DNA of 64,000 bases, taken from contig JAPLZF010000009.1 in assembly GCA_026395175.1 (NCBI GenBank), positions 82,083-146,082 on the forward strand, read 5' to 3'. This DNA comes from Candidatus Staskawiczbacteria bacterium (GTDB lineage Bacteria > Patescibacteriota > Minisyncoccia > Minisyncoccales > Staskawiczbacteraceae). Position numbers and translations under genes: made by a program. Positions within the stretch are counted from its first letter, which is position 1. The number at the start of each line of letters is the position of its first letter. Shown piece by piece: positions 28,295 through 38,224 of this stretch. The notes under the pieces are model-generated. The model had not been told where the DNA came from. It was given only the letters and a program-made list of their open reading frames with translations, and ran no database searches.

Positions 28295-29939
28295 GTTTTT
28301 CTGCTGTTTGTTTTTTTAATAATAGAGCGCAGATTTTTTTGCAAACAATCAAAGAAATTTCTTCTTTTTCTAAAAATTCTTTAACAACGTCTTCCAGTTC
28401 TTTTTGATTTATCGGGTCTAAAACTTTTATGTTTTTTACTCCGCAAGCCTTTGCAATTTCTTCAATTGAAAGTTCTGGGGCTTCTTCTCCCATCAAATTT
28501 TTTCCCATCCCGGGATTTGGCTGGTGCCCGGTCATTGCTGTAATTCTGTTATCCATTACAATCATCAAAGGGTTTGATTTGTTGTAAACAGCATTAACCA
28601 TTCCTGCAATTCCGGAATGAAAAAATGTGCCATCCCCCATAAAAGATATAACCTTTCGGCTTCGCTCAGGGCCTTCGGCCTTTAAAATGCCGTGGGCAAC
28701 ACCTATAGACGCGCCCATGCAAAACAAATAATCATACATTGAATGAGGAGGCAAAGCTCCAATCATGTTGCACCCAATATCTCCACCAAAAATTGTGCCT
28801 TCCGGGGCAATTCTTTTTATGGTTGGTAAAATATACCAATATGGGCAACCCTCACAAAGCCTTGCTGTTCTCTTTGGCAAATTCAAATTCTTTGTTTTAA
28901 ATTCGGCAAATTTCATTCCCACTACTTTTGACAAAGCGCCACAAACTTTTTCAGCGCTCAATTCTCCAATAATTGGCAAAACATTTTTGCCAAAAATTTC
29001 CATTTTTGCGTTTGCGTCTTTTGCCAACACAGCAATTTCTTTTTCAACATATCCTTCCAACTCCTCAACAACTAAAACTTTTTTTAATGGTTTTATAAAC
29101 TTTATAATTTTTTCTTTTGGTAAAGGATAAAAAGATCCAAGTTGCAAAACCGGCAAATCCAATTTCAATTCTTCCAAAGCCTCCATAACATGCAAACCTG
29201 CAACTCCCGAAGCTATTATTCCAACCTTCAAATTGTAGGACTTCGGGAGTCCTACAATTTTGTTGATTTTAGACTTTTCTGCATATGCCTGTATTTTTTT
29301 TATTTTTTCCAAAAGCTCTTTTTTCATTTCCAAGGTTCTTGGTGGCATTGTAGAATACTGATGCGGATTTTTGACGAAGTCACCCCGCGGAGTTTCAACG
29401 GAGTGGGGCTCATCCACCTCAACAACTGCCCGCTGGTGCGCGCATCTTGTAACAGTTCGTAAAATTACCGGCATATTAAATTTTTCAGAAATTTCAAAAC
29501 CAATTTTTGTAAAGTCGTAGCATTCCTGCGGATCTGCGGGCTCTAACATTGGAATATGGCCCAAATAAGCATACATTCTGGAATTTTGCTCAGATTGAGC
29601 CGAACTCCAGCAGGAAGGGTCGTCTGCCACCACAATCACCATTCCGCCTTTTGTGCCGGTGTAGGCCAATGGCAACAAAACGTCCGAGCACACATTAATT
29701 CCAAAGCTCTTCATATTCACCAAAACTTTCAAACCGGAAAAACTTGCTCCAATGGCAGATTCCAAAGCTGTTTTTTCGTTTGTAGCGTACTCTGCATAAA
29801 CCCCGTTTTCTTTGGCAATCTTGCCAAATTCGTCTCCAATTTCAGCCGATGGGCATCCGGGATATCCGGTAACATAAGAAACGCCCGATGCCAACGCCGC
29901 CCTAACTATTGCCTCATTCCCCAATAAAATTTTCTTCAT
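28284..29939 (-). CDS. iorA: Indolepyruvate:ferredoxin oxidoreductase alpha subunit
   Basis: LLGNEAI, GYPG.PS, LCEGCP, GDGTFFHSG, TAMTGHQ. Confidence 0.9.
   Translation of the reverse strand: MKKILLGNEAIVRAALASGVSYVTGYPGCPSAEIGDEFGKIAKENGVYAEYATNEKTALESAIGASFSGLKVLVNMKSFGINVCSDVLLPLAYTGTKGGMVIVVADDPSCWSSAQSEQNSRMYAYLGHIPMLEPADPQECYDFTKIGFEISEKFNMPVILRTVTRCAHQRAVVEVDEPHSVETPRGDFVKNPHQYSTMPPRTLEMKKELLEKIKKIQAYAEKSKINKIVGLPKSYNLKVGIIASGVAGLHVMEALEELKLDLPVLQLGSFYPLPKEKIIKFIKPLKKVLVVEELEGYVEKEIAVLAKDANAKMEIFGKNVLPIIGELSAEKVCGALSKVVGMKFAEFKTKNLNLPKRTARLCEGCPYWYILPTIKRIAPEGTIFGGDIGCNMIGALPPHSMYDYLFCMGASIGVAHGILKAEGPERSRKVISFMGDGTFFHSGIAGMVNAVYNKSNPLMIVMDNRITAMTGHQPNPGMGKNLMGEEAPELSIEEIAKACGVKNIKVLDPINQKELEDVVKEFLEKEEISLIVCKKICALLLKKQTAEKHDQ
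29230..29260. repeat. 31-bp palindrome, copy 1 (in iorA)
   Basis: AAATTGTAGGACTTCGGGAGTCCTACAATTT, identical to 49236-49266. Confidence 0.9.
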
Positions 29940-29967
29940 AAATTTATTTTTATTTACTAAACTATTT

Positions 29968-30453
29968 TCAGTCCTCTTTTCCAGGGTTATCTAAATGTTT
30001 AATGATTTCGAAAGTTTTTCTCCCTCTATCATTATCTGCTTCATAAGCTAATTTCTCAGCCAATCTTTTTAAATCTTCCTTAGTTGATTGTTCATCGGGC
30101 ACCCACCCTTCTCTTGACCCCTGCCTTAAGATTTCTTCTGTTATTTTATGTATCCTGTTATCTTCAGCAAGTTGTTCTGGAGACATATTTTTGCGTCTTT
30201 TCTCATTAAATCTTCTTGTTTGTTCTCCCATTTCAGCATAATGTCGCGCCAACTCTACTTCTGATAATTCACCAAGTGTCTTTGACCTTCCTTTCCTATT
30301 TTCTTTAGCAAGGTCTTTTGGAGATAATCTTGCCCGTCTTTCATCGTCTTGTTTTAGCAACTCGTCCCATCTACGTTGCCTATCTGCATCTGATTCTTCA
30401 CCAACTTGTTTTGGCTCTGAATCTTTTTCAAAACCTGGATTTTCTATTGACAT
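29968..30453 (-). CDS. Hypothetical charged protein
   Basis: 161-aa ORF with AGGA SD. Confidence 0.6.
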   Translation of the reverse strand: MSIENPGFEKDSEPKQVGEESDADRQRRWDELLKQDDERRARLSPKDLAKENRKGRSKTLGELSEVELARHYAEMGEQTRRFNEKRRKNMSPEQLAEDNRIHKITEEILRQGSREGWVPDEQSTKEDLKRLAEKLAYEADNDRGRKTFEIIKHLDNPGKED

Positions 30454-30551
30454 GATTTTTCCTTTCTAATTACGATGGGTTAAATTTAATTTAACACAAA
30501 TTAATAAAAAGTATTATATAATAATATTGATTAATTTATTTATAACGAAAA

Positions 30552-31406
30552 TTATTTTAATTTTTTTATAGCTTCAGGCGTTTGTAAAAAATTATGTCCG
30601 TTGACAACCTTTTTGCCGGTTTTGGTTTCTAATTCTAATCGCGCATTTTTGGCGATACGTCCGCCTTTTTGGGCTGGAATCTTATTTTCTTCAAATCCTT
30701 TTGCTTTTTCGGTCTCAGCAATTTCTCGTGTGGAAAGCTCTGCTAAAGCTGTGAAAACCAATTCGGCATCTGTCATATGGTCTCGCAAATTTTGTGTTTT
30801 TAAATTTTTCAATTTTTTATGTTCTTTAACCGATAAGTCGCTCCATTCTTGATGGATAATATTTGTTAAAATGGCATACTCATCTTTTTCTTTGACTTCG
30901 TTGTCTTTCCAATAATCAGTTAATTTATTTCTAATTTCCTGGCCCATCATTCTTTGCTGAATCCATTTTTGGCTTCTGCCCATTCTTTGCCAATTTTTTC
31001 TTCCTCTGTCAATTGATTTTTCAGGGTCGGCTGTTTCCTGAATTCTTTCATAGCCAACCCGAGCCAGCCAAAGTTTTATTGGTTCGGCTTTTGGGCTTGG
31101 CACCGATTGAATCAAACGAAATAATGTTTCTGCATCAGCAGAATCGGTTAAATACAATTTTCCATCAGAGGCCGGCATTTTGAGTTGGTTACATTTTGTA
31201 ACCAAATGAAACCCTTCTTTTTTATGGCGATTTTTCAATACCTTCCAATAATTTCTTGCCAACTTAAAATCTGTTTGATCAGTCAAAACTTGGATAATAT
31301 CTACTACTGAAAAATACCATTTCTCTTTTTTCTCATCCCAAAGCCTGCGTATTTTTTGACCTTCAAATATCGCAAGTTGTTTATTTTTTAATTTTTTGCT
31401 TTTCAT
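30552..31406 (-). CDS. Bro-N domain protein
   Basis: IR..WD...WYFSVVD, RLIQSVPSPKAEP, NLRDHMT. Confidence 0.85.
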   Translation of the reverse strand: MKSKKLKNKQLAIFEGQKIRRLWDEKKEKWYFSVVDIIQVLTDQTDFKLARNYWKVLKNRHKKEGFHLVTKCNQLKMPASDGKLYLTDSADAETLFRLIQSVPSPKAEPIKLWLARVGYERIQETADPEKSIDRGRKNWQRMGRSQKWIQQRMMGQEIRNKLTDYWKDNEVKEKDEYAILTNIIHQEWSDLSVKEHKKLKNLKTQNLRDHMTDAELVFTALAELSTREIAETEKAKGFEENKIPAQKGGRIAKNARLELETKTGKKVVNGHNFLQTPEAIKKLK

Positions 31407-31413
31407 ACAAAAC

Positions 31414-33846
31414 TCAAATAACTATATTAATTAATTTGTTTTGCACGTAAATTGTTTTTACAGATTTTTTATCGCCAATTAAGGCTTTTATTTTTTCAGA
31501 TTTCAAAACTAATTTTTCTGCATCTTTTTGTGCAATGCCGGCTTTAGCTTCAATCTTATCTCTTACCTTGCCGTTTACCTGCACAATCAAAAGCACATTT
31601 TCTTCTTCAATTAATTTTTCATCATATTTTGGCCATTTTTGTTCACAACACATTTCTTTAAATCCCATTCCGCTCCAAATTTCTTCTGCCAAATGCGGAG
31701 CAAAAGGAGATAAAATTTTCAAAAAGTCTGCCAAACCTTTCTTGTCCAGCCCTTCCTCTGAAACTTGCCATGCGTTCACAAATTCCATCATAGAGCTTAC
31801 AGCTGTGTTAAACTTCATCAGCTCAATATCTCCAGAAACTTTTTTAATTGTTTTATGTAAAATCTTTTCCAAGCTCTCACTGGTTTTAACAGCAACTTTT
31901 TTGCCGGCCAGGTTATAAATTTTTTCAACAAATCTGCGCGAGCCCACAACTCCTTTTGTATCCCAAGGAATCATTTGCTCAAAAGGCCCCATAAACATTT
32001 CATAAATGCGCAAAGTGTCGGCTCCCCATTGCTTTACAATTGTATCCGGGTTTATAACATTTCCCTTAGATTTTGACATCTTAATTCCGCCCTCGCCCAA
32101 AACCATTCCATGTGAAGTGCGTTTTTTATAAGGCTCTGGCCCCACAATTGTGGGAACGGCTTTAATATCCCACAAAAATTTAAAAATAAATCTTGAATAT
32201 AATAAGTGCAAAGTTGTGTGCTCCATTCCGCCATTATACCAATCAACCGGCATCCAATATTTTGTTATCGCGCCATCTGCCAATTCCTTGTTATTTTTTG
32301 GGTCTAAATATCTTAAATAATACCAATTACTGCCTGCCCAATTTGGCATTGTGTCTGTTTCTCGTTTGGCTTGGCCTTTGCATTTTTCGCATTTTACATT
32401 TACCCATTTATCAATTAAAGCTAAGGGCGACTCTCCTGTGTCTGTTGGCTTATATTTTTTTACATTTGGCAATTCAATTGGCAAATCTTTTTCAGCAACT
32501 GCCTGCCACCCGCATTTCTTGCAAAAAATCATTGGAATTGGCTCGCCCCAATAATGCTGTCGTGAAAATACCCAGTCACGCAATTTATAACTTACTTTTG
32601 GTTGGGCTAAACCCTTACCAGCCAGCCACATAATTATCTTTGGCCTGGCTTCTGCAGATTTTAAATCATCAAACTGCTGTGAATTATAAAGTGTTCCCTC
32701 TTCTTCAAAACATTCCTCTAAATTTTTAACTTTCTGCATTAATAATTCATCATCTGGCTTAATAGAAGTTCTCAAAGGTATGCCATATTTTTTTGCCATC
32801 TTAAAATCTCTTTTATCATGCGCATCGGCAAAAACAGCTCCCGTGCCATAATGCTCCAAAACAAAGTCAGCAGTCCACACCGGCATTTCTTCATTGGTTG
32901 CAGGGTTTCTTACCACAATTCCCTTCAACTGCACTCCTGTAATTTCTTTGTCCTGGTTGGTCCTGTCCATGTCAGAAACATTTTTTGCATCTTCCCTGTA
33001 TTTTAAAACTTCGTCAATGTTTTCAATTCTGCTTTTATATTTATCAATAAAATTATGACCTGGTGCCACAATTAAAAATGTTACGGAAAATATTGTGTCC
33101 ACTCTGGTTGTAAAAACATCAATATGTTCTTCAACTCCTTCAACAAAAAATTTAATCAAAGCTCCGTGGCTTTCCCCAATCCAATCTTTCTGCTGAGTTT
33201 TAATTTTTTCCAAATAATCTACATTATCCAAATCTTTAATCAGCCTGTCTGCATATTTTGTAATTTTTATCATCCATTGTTCTTTTTCTCTTTTTTCAAC
33301 TTTTGTTCCGCACCTTTCACATTTTCCATCAATGACTTCTTCGTTTGCCAAACCAATTTTATCTTTAGGACACCAATTAATATCAATTTTAGATTTATAA
33401 GCCAATCCATTATTAAACAGCTGAATAAAAATCCACTGCGTCCATTTATAATATTTGGGGTCTGTTGTGTTAATTTCACGGCTCCAGTCAAAAGACCAGC
33501 CCAAGCTTTTCATTTGCCTGCGGAATGTATCTGTATTCTTTTTTGTAACCACAGCCGGGTGTACTTTCTTTTTAATGGCATAGTTTTCTGTGGGCAAACC
33601 AAAAGCATCCCAGCCCATTGGGTACAAAACATTAAATCCCTGCATCCTGCGTTTCCTGGCAACCACATCTAAGGCAGTATAGCTTCTGCAATGGCCCACA
33701 TGAAGCCCAACTCCCGAAGGGTATGGAAACTCCACCAAAAGGTAGCATTTCTTCTTTTTAGAGCCATTTTTCGCCTTAAAAACACTTGATTTATACCAAG
33801 CATCCTGCCACTTCTGCTCTATTTTTTTAGGATTATATTTAATCAT
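31414..33846 (-). CDS. leuS: Leucyl-tRNA synthetase
   Basis: FPYPSG.GLHVGH, KMSKS. Confidence 0.97.
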   Translation of the reverse strand: MIKYNPKKIEQKWQDAWYKSSVFKAKNGSKKKKCYLLVEFPYPSGVGLHVGHCRSYTALDVVARKRRMQGFNVLYPMGWDAFGLPTENYAIKKKVHPAVVTKKNTDTFRRQMKSLGWSFDWSREINTTDPKYYKWTQWIFIQLFNNGLAYKSKIDINWCPKDKIGLANEEVIDGKCERCGTKVEKREKEQWMIKITKYADRLIKDLDNVDYLEKIKTQQKDWIGESHGALIKFFVEGVEEHIDVFTTRVDTIFSVTFLIVAPGHNFIDKYKSRIENIDEVLKYREDAKNVSDMDRTNQDKEITGVQLKGIVVRNPATNEEMPVWTADFVLEHYGTGAVFADAHDKRDFKMAKKYGIPLRTSIKPDDELLMQKVKNLEECFEEEGTLYNSQQFDDLKSAEARPKIIMWLAGKGLAQPKVSYKLRDWVFSRQHYWGEPIPMIFCKKCGWQAVAEKDLPIELPNVKKYKPTDTGESPLALIDKWVNVKCEKCKGQAKRETDTMPNWAGSNWYYLRYLDPKNNKELADGAITKYWMPVDWYNGGMEHTTLHLLYSRFIFKFLWDIKAVPTIVGPEPYKKRTSHGMVLGEGGIKMSKSKGNVINPDTIVKQWGADTLRIYEMFMGPFEQMIPWDTKGVVGSRRFVEKIYNLAGKKVAVKTSESLEKILHKTIKKVSGDIELMKFNTAVSSMMEFVNAWQVSEEGLDKKGLADFLKILSPFAPHLAEEIWSGMGFKEMCCEQKWPKYDEKLIEEENVLLIVQVNGKVRDKIEAKAGIAQKDAEKLVLKSEKIKALIGDKKSVKTIYVQNKLINIVI

Positions 33847-33943
33847 ATTATTACATAATAACACCGCTTTAACCTGTTTTAAAGTCTTGACATAATCAAC
33901 AAATATGATAATATTCAGTCAACACAACTAAGGGAGGTAACAC

Positions 33944-34153
33944 ATGAAAGCGAACGAAGCTGTTGACGCCTTGAAAAAAGGCACTGGACTGGTCGCTTTT
34001 CGACCAAGCTGGGAAAAGGGCGAGTATCTATTTGTTACGGGAGGAAACGGAAGTGCGTGGGACGTCCACGATACGTTCAAAAAACCTCGTACACAAAAGC
34101 AAATGCTCGCCGACGCAGAGGCCAATGACTGGAGGGTTCAACTACTTGTATAA
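33944..34153 (+). CDS. DUF2829/Tad2-like small protein
   Basis: EAVDALKKG..RPSW and D..ANDW pattern; TTGACA at 33888, GGAGG SD. Confidence 0.6.
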   Translation: MKANEAVDALKKGTGLVAFRPSWEKGEYLFVTGGNGSAWDVHDTFKKPRTQKQMLADAEANDWRVQLLV

Positions 34154-34174
34154 TGGAGCCCCCTCCCAAACAGA

Positions 34175-34235
34175 ACCGCCGAGGTTTCGACCCGGCGGTG
34201 AACAAAGCGCGAGACTTCGGTCCCGCGCTGTTTTA
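34175..34235 (+). terminator. Tandem hairpins ending in a U-tract
   Basis: ACCGCCG..CGGCGGT then AGCGCG..CGCGCT-GTTTT. Confidence 0.65.
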
Positions 34236-34345
34236 TTGCACATTTAACTGCCATCACATTTCCAGCGATAGCATAAAATCTGACACCACCTATTTTACAT
34301 ACTTTTTAAAAATATTTCGGGTTAATGAGTATTAACCTGCGCGAA

Positions 34346-35182
34346 TTAAATATTAAATAATTTTTTAGCGTTTTGGGTGGTGGCATCTGCAACTTCGTCA
34401 AAACTCATGCCTCGTAAGTCTGCAATTTTCTGGATAACATGTTTTACAAAAATTGGCTCGTTTCTTTTTTCTCCAGCTTCAGGTGGAGCAAGGTAAGGAC
34501 AATCTGTTTCAGTTAAAAGTCGGTCCAAAGGAGCTTTTTTAATAACCTCATCAATATCAAATTTAAATATAATTCCATTGATACCAAGATAAAATCCCAA
34601 ATCCATATATTTTTGCGCCTGCTCCCAGCTTCCAGTAAAACAATGAATCACTCCGCGCAATTCGTTAACACTAGCAAGCCCTTTAAATCTACCCAAAATA
34701 TCAAGCACATCTTCGTGCGCCATTCTGCAATGAATAATAATAGGTAAATCTCGTTTAACTGCAAGATCAATCTGCTCAATAAAAACCTCTCTTTGCTTTT
34801 GCTTAAATTTTTCCTGCTTTGTAGCTCCTTTTGGTTTGTAATAATAATCCAAACCAATTTCTCCAATTGCCACAACTTTCGGCGATTTCAAAAGCTCTTT
34901 ATATTTTTGCCTATCAAATTCCTCGCCAAGCGGTTCAAATGCGCCCTCTTCCTCGTCCATTTTTAACTTCATCAAATCTGTTTTTATATGAATCGGATGC
35001 ATTCCAATTGCAGCATAAATTCCCTCATTCTTTTCAGCCAACTCAATTGCCAATTTTGAAGTTTCATATTTTGTTCCAACATCAATACAAACCACCCCCG
35101 CTTCTTTCGTGCGTTTTACAACCTCCTCCCTATCTGCATCATAGGCTTTAAAGCTTAAATGTGAGTGCGTATCAGTTATCAT
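34346..35182 (-). CDS. tatD: TatD family nuclease
   Basis: DTHSH, GEIGLDY, ETDCPY. Confidence 0.93.
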   Translation of the reverse strand: MITDTHSHLSFKAYDADREEVVKRTKEAGVVCIDVGTKYETSKLAIELAEKNEGIYAAIGMHPIHIKTDLMKLKMDEEEGAFEPLGEEFDRQKYKELLKSPKVVAIGEIGLDYYYKPKGATKQEKFKQKQREVFIEQIDLAVKRDLPIIIHCRMAHEDVLDILGRFKGLASVNELRGVIHCFTGSWEQAQKYMDLGFYLGINGIIFKFDIDEVIKKAPLDRLLTETDCPYLAPPEAGEKRNEPIFVKHVIQKIADLRGMSFDEVADATTQNAKKLFNI

Positions 35183-36672
35183 TTTTTGTTTTCTAGTCTC
35201 GGAAATAAAATTTCTGACCTGCCCTGAGCGGAGTCGAAGGGTTTTTCAACTACTTTTTTTATTTTTTCTGAAGTTTGTGGCAAAAATGGTTCCAGCAAAA
35301 TTCCAATTTCTTTTATAGCAAAAAATAAGTCATTAATAACTTCCATTTTTTTTGCCTGCCCAGAGCTGGTCGAAGGGGTTTCCCAAAGTTTTTCTTCATT
35401 TATATATTTGTCGCAAAAACTTATTATTTCCCAAACAGAAATTAAAGCTTCGTTAAATTTAAAACTTTCAATGGCTAATTTATAATTTTTTTGCGTTTTT
35501 TCAATTTGTTTTTTTAATTCTAAATTTGAAAATTTATTCGAAATTCGAAATTCAAAATTCGAAATTTTGTCTGATATTCCCAATGTTCTTGCTACCAGAT
35601 TGCCAATACCGCCGGCTAAATCGGCGTTGTATCTTTGCTCAAATTTTTCGTATGTAAAATCACCATCCTCTGCAGAGACGATTTCTCTTAACAAATAATA
35701 TCTAACTGCATCAACTCCATATTTGTTTACCAGCTCAAAAGGGTCAACTACATTTCCCAAAGATTTTGACATTTTTTGCCCGCCAACATTTATAAATCCA
35801 TGAACAAAAATCTTTTTAGGGAGAGCAAGCTTAGCCGACAAAAGCATTGCTGGCCAAAATATGGTATGAAACTTCATTATATCTTTGCCTAAACAATGAA
35901 CGTCTGCTGGCCAATATTTTTTGAATTGCTCTGTTTCATTGTCATATCCAATAGCCGAAATATAATTTGGCAAAGCGTCGCACCAAACATACATTACCTG
36001 TTCTGGGTCTCCCGGAACTTCAAACCCCCAATATTTATCTTTTGTTCTGGAAAAGCTTACATCTTCCATACCTTGCTTCAACATTGATAAAGTTTCATTC
36101 TTTCTAGACTCGGGAATAATTTCTATTTCGCCACTCCTAATTTTTTCTTCCACTTCTTTAGTATATTTTGAAAGCCTAAAAAAATAATTTTCTTCTTCAA
36201 CAAATTCCAGCTCTTTCAAATGTATAGGACACTTGCCATCAACTATTTCTTTTTCTGTTTTAAATGCCTCGCATCCTGGGCAATAATAACCTTTATATTT
36301 TTTCTTATAAATATCGCCTGCTTCATCTAATTTTTTCCAAAGCTTTTCTACTGCTGGCTTGTGCTTTGTTTCATCTGTGGTTCTTATAAAGTCATTATTT
36401 GATATATTTAAAATTTTTGTCAGCTCTCTAAATTTGCCAGAAATTCCATCGGCAAAATCTTTTGGGTCACGGCCCGCTTCTCTCGCCACCCTTAAGGTTT
36501 TAATGCCGTGTTCATCTGTGCCGGTCAGGAAAAAAACATCTTCACCTAAACACTTATGATATCTTGCCAAAACATCTGCCTGAATTGCCTCCAACGCAAA
36601 GCCAATGTGCGGAGGCGCATTTGTGTAGGGAATGCTGGTGGTGATATAGAATTTTTTGTTTTTATTTGTCAT
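35179..36672 (-). CDS. metG: Methionyl-tRNA synthetase
   Basis: PHIG, GTDEHG, KMSKSLGN. Confidence 0.96.
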   Translation of the reverse strand: MTNKNKKFYITTSIPYTNAPPHIGFALEAIQADVLARYHKCLGEDVFFLTGTDEHGIKTLRVAREAGRDPKDFADGISGKFRELTKILNISNNDFIRTTDETKHKPAVEKLWKKLDEAGDIYKKKYKGYYCPGCEAFKTEKEIVDGKCPIHLKELEFVEEENYFFRLSKYTKEVEEKIRSGEIEIIPESRKNETLSMLKQGMEDVSFSRTKDKYWGFEVPGDPEQVMYVWCDALPNYISAIGYDNETEQFKKYWPADVHCLGKDIMKFHTIFWPAMLLSAKLALPKKIFVHGFINVGGQKMSKSLGNVVDPFELVNKYGVDAVRYYLLREIVSAEDGDFTYEKFEQRYNADLAGGIGNLVARTLGISDKISNFEFRISNKFSNLELKKQIEKTQKNYKLAIESFKFNEALISVWEIISFCDKYINEEKLWETPSTSSGQAKKMEVINDLFFAIKEIGILLEPFLPQTSEKIKKVVEKPFDSAQGRSEILFPRLENKK

Positions 36673-36706
36673 AATGTATAAATTATATAATCTTAACACT
36701 TTTTTT

Positions 36707-37180
36707 ATGATTCTGTTAGTCCATCTTTTATTTGGAACGGCAATCGGGTCTGCGGTAAACAACGTTTGGCTGGCTATTATTTTAGCCTTTATAAGCCATT
36801 ACCTTTTAGACCTCCTCCCCCATATTGAGTATAATATCCAAAATATAGAACAAAAACAATGGCACAAAGCCCTACCGGACATTTTAAGAGTAATTTTAGA
36901 TTTTTGTCTGGGAATTTTACTTATATTTATCTTATCTAAGAATAATCCTATTATTTATATTTGCGCCTTTTTTGCCTTACTGCCGGACGGCTTAACTGTT
37001 TTTAATACTCTTTTTCCAAACAAAATTTTAGAACCTCTCCAAAAATTTCACATAGAAAAAATCCATTTCCTAAAAGAAAACCCTTCGACAAGCTCAGGGC
37101 AAGAAAAAATCTCCACTTTCTGGAGAATTTCAACTCAAGTCGTAGTAATTATAATTTCTATAGTTTTATTTAGAATATAG
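36707..37180 (+). CDS. Membrane protein, possible metal-dependent hydrolase
   Basis: H..G, SHYLLD.LPH, LPD motifs and TM segments. Confidence 0.65.
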   Translation: MILLVHLLFGTAIGSAVNNVWLAIILAFISHYLLDLLPHIEYNIQNIEQKQWHKALPDILRVILDFCLGILLIFILSKNNPIIYICAFFALLPDGLTVFNTLFPNKILEPLQKFHIEKIHFLKENPSTSSGQEKISTFWRISTQVVVIIISIVLFRI

Positions 37181-37186
37181 CGAGCG

Positions 37187-38221
37187 CTATTCTTCTTCTA
37201 TTTCCCCAACTCTCCTCTTTTCTAAAAACTCTTTTGTAAACTCATAAATAATTCCAAAAACAGGCACGGCAAAAATCATTCCCAAAAATCCAAAAATTTC
37301 GGCTCCCAAAAATAAAGAAACCAAAACCAAAACCGGCGGAATGTCGGTCATTTTTTTCATTAAAAGCGGAGTTAAAAGCTTATTTTCTACCTCCTGAACC
37401 AATGTTACTGAAATCAAAACATAAAGCACCATCATCCAAGAGCCGGAAGAAACAGCAACTAGCACAATCAACAAAATGCTGGTTATCCATGGCCCAATAT
37501 ATGGCACAAAATTCAAAAACCCGGAAATTAAAGCCAAAATAAAAGCATATTTTATCCCAAATATAAAAAACACAATGTACGAGGCAACTCCAACAAACAA
37601 GCACGCCAGTAACCTTGCTCCAAACCAGCCGGCAACTTTTTTCTGGACTCTTTCAAAAATGTTTTTTATCTGGTCTTCATATCTTTGCGGGAATAATAGC
37701 AACAAAACTTTTTCTGGTGCGTTTTCTTCCAAAGAAAGAAAAAATGCCATGGTTAAAATAGATATTGTAGAAGCCAAACCGCCAAAAAATATCATAAGCG
37801 CCTTCAAAATACCCTGAGAATTTTGTTGCACGTATCCCGTAAGCACTTCTGACAAATCACTAAAATTTTGCGCAGTATCTATCCCAACCTGGTTTAAAAC
37901 CGGGCTAATTTGGCTGAAATAATTTGGTAAATTTTGGGAAAACTGGCCCATTTCAGAAATAAAAACTGGAGCTGAAAGGTAAATTAAAAGCCCTAAAATT
38001 CCAAAAATAGAAAGGTAAACAATAAGTATGGAAATAATTTTTGGTATGTGCCTTTTCCTTAAAGCGCTTATTGCCGGGTCCAGCAAAATAGAAATTGCTA
38101 CAGCAAAAAACAGCCAAAGTGCTATGTTCCGGGCCAAATAAATAATGTAAAAAATAAAAATCGCTATAAATATTTTTATAATAGTTTCCCAAGAAATATC
38201 TAATGTTTGTTCTTTGCTCAT
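37187..38221 (-). CDS. AI-2E family transporter
   Basis: Multi-TM, FVPYIG, EN.LL.P, GMIFAVP. Confidence 0.88.
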   Translation of the reverse strand: MSKEQTLDISWETIIKIFIAIFIFYIIYLARNIALWLFFAVAISILLDPAISALRKRHIPKIISILIVYLSIFGILGLLIYLSAPVFISEMGQFSQNLPNYFSQISPVLNQVGIDTAQNFSDLSEVLTGYVQQNSQGILKALMIFFGGLASTISILTMAFFLSLEENAPEKVLLLLFPQRYEDQIKNIFERVQKKVAGWFGARLLACLFVGVASYIVFFIFGIKYAFILALISGFLNFVPYIGPWITSILLIVLVAVSSGSWMMVLYVLISVTLVQEVENKLLTPLLMKKMTDIPPVLVLVSLFLGAEIFGFLGMIFAVPVFGIIYEFTKEFLEKRRVGEIEEE

Positions 38222-38224
38222 TTA

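Noticed and set aside
29968-31406. Prophage suggested by the Bro-N gene
   Set aside because: No integrase, structural or replication genes nearby
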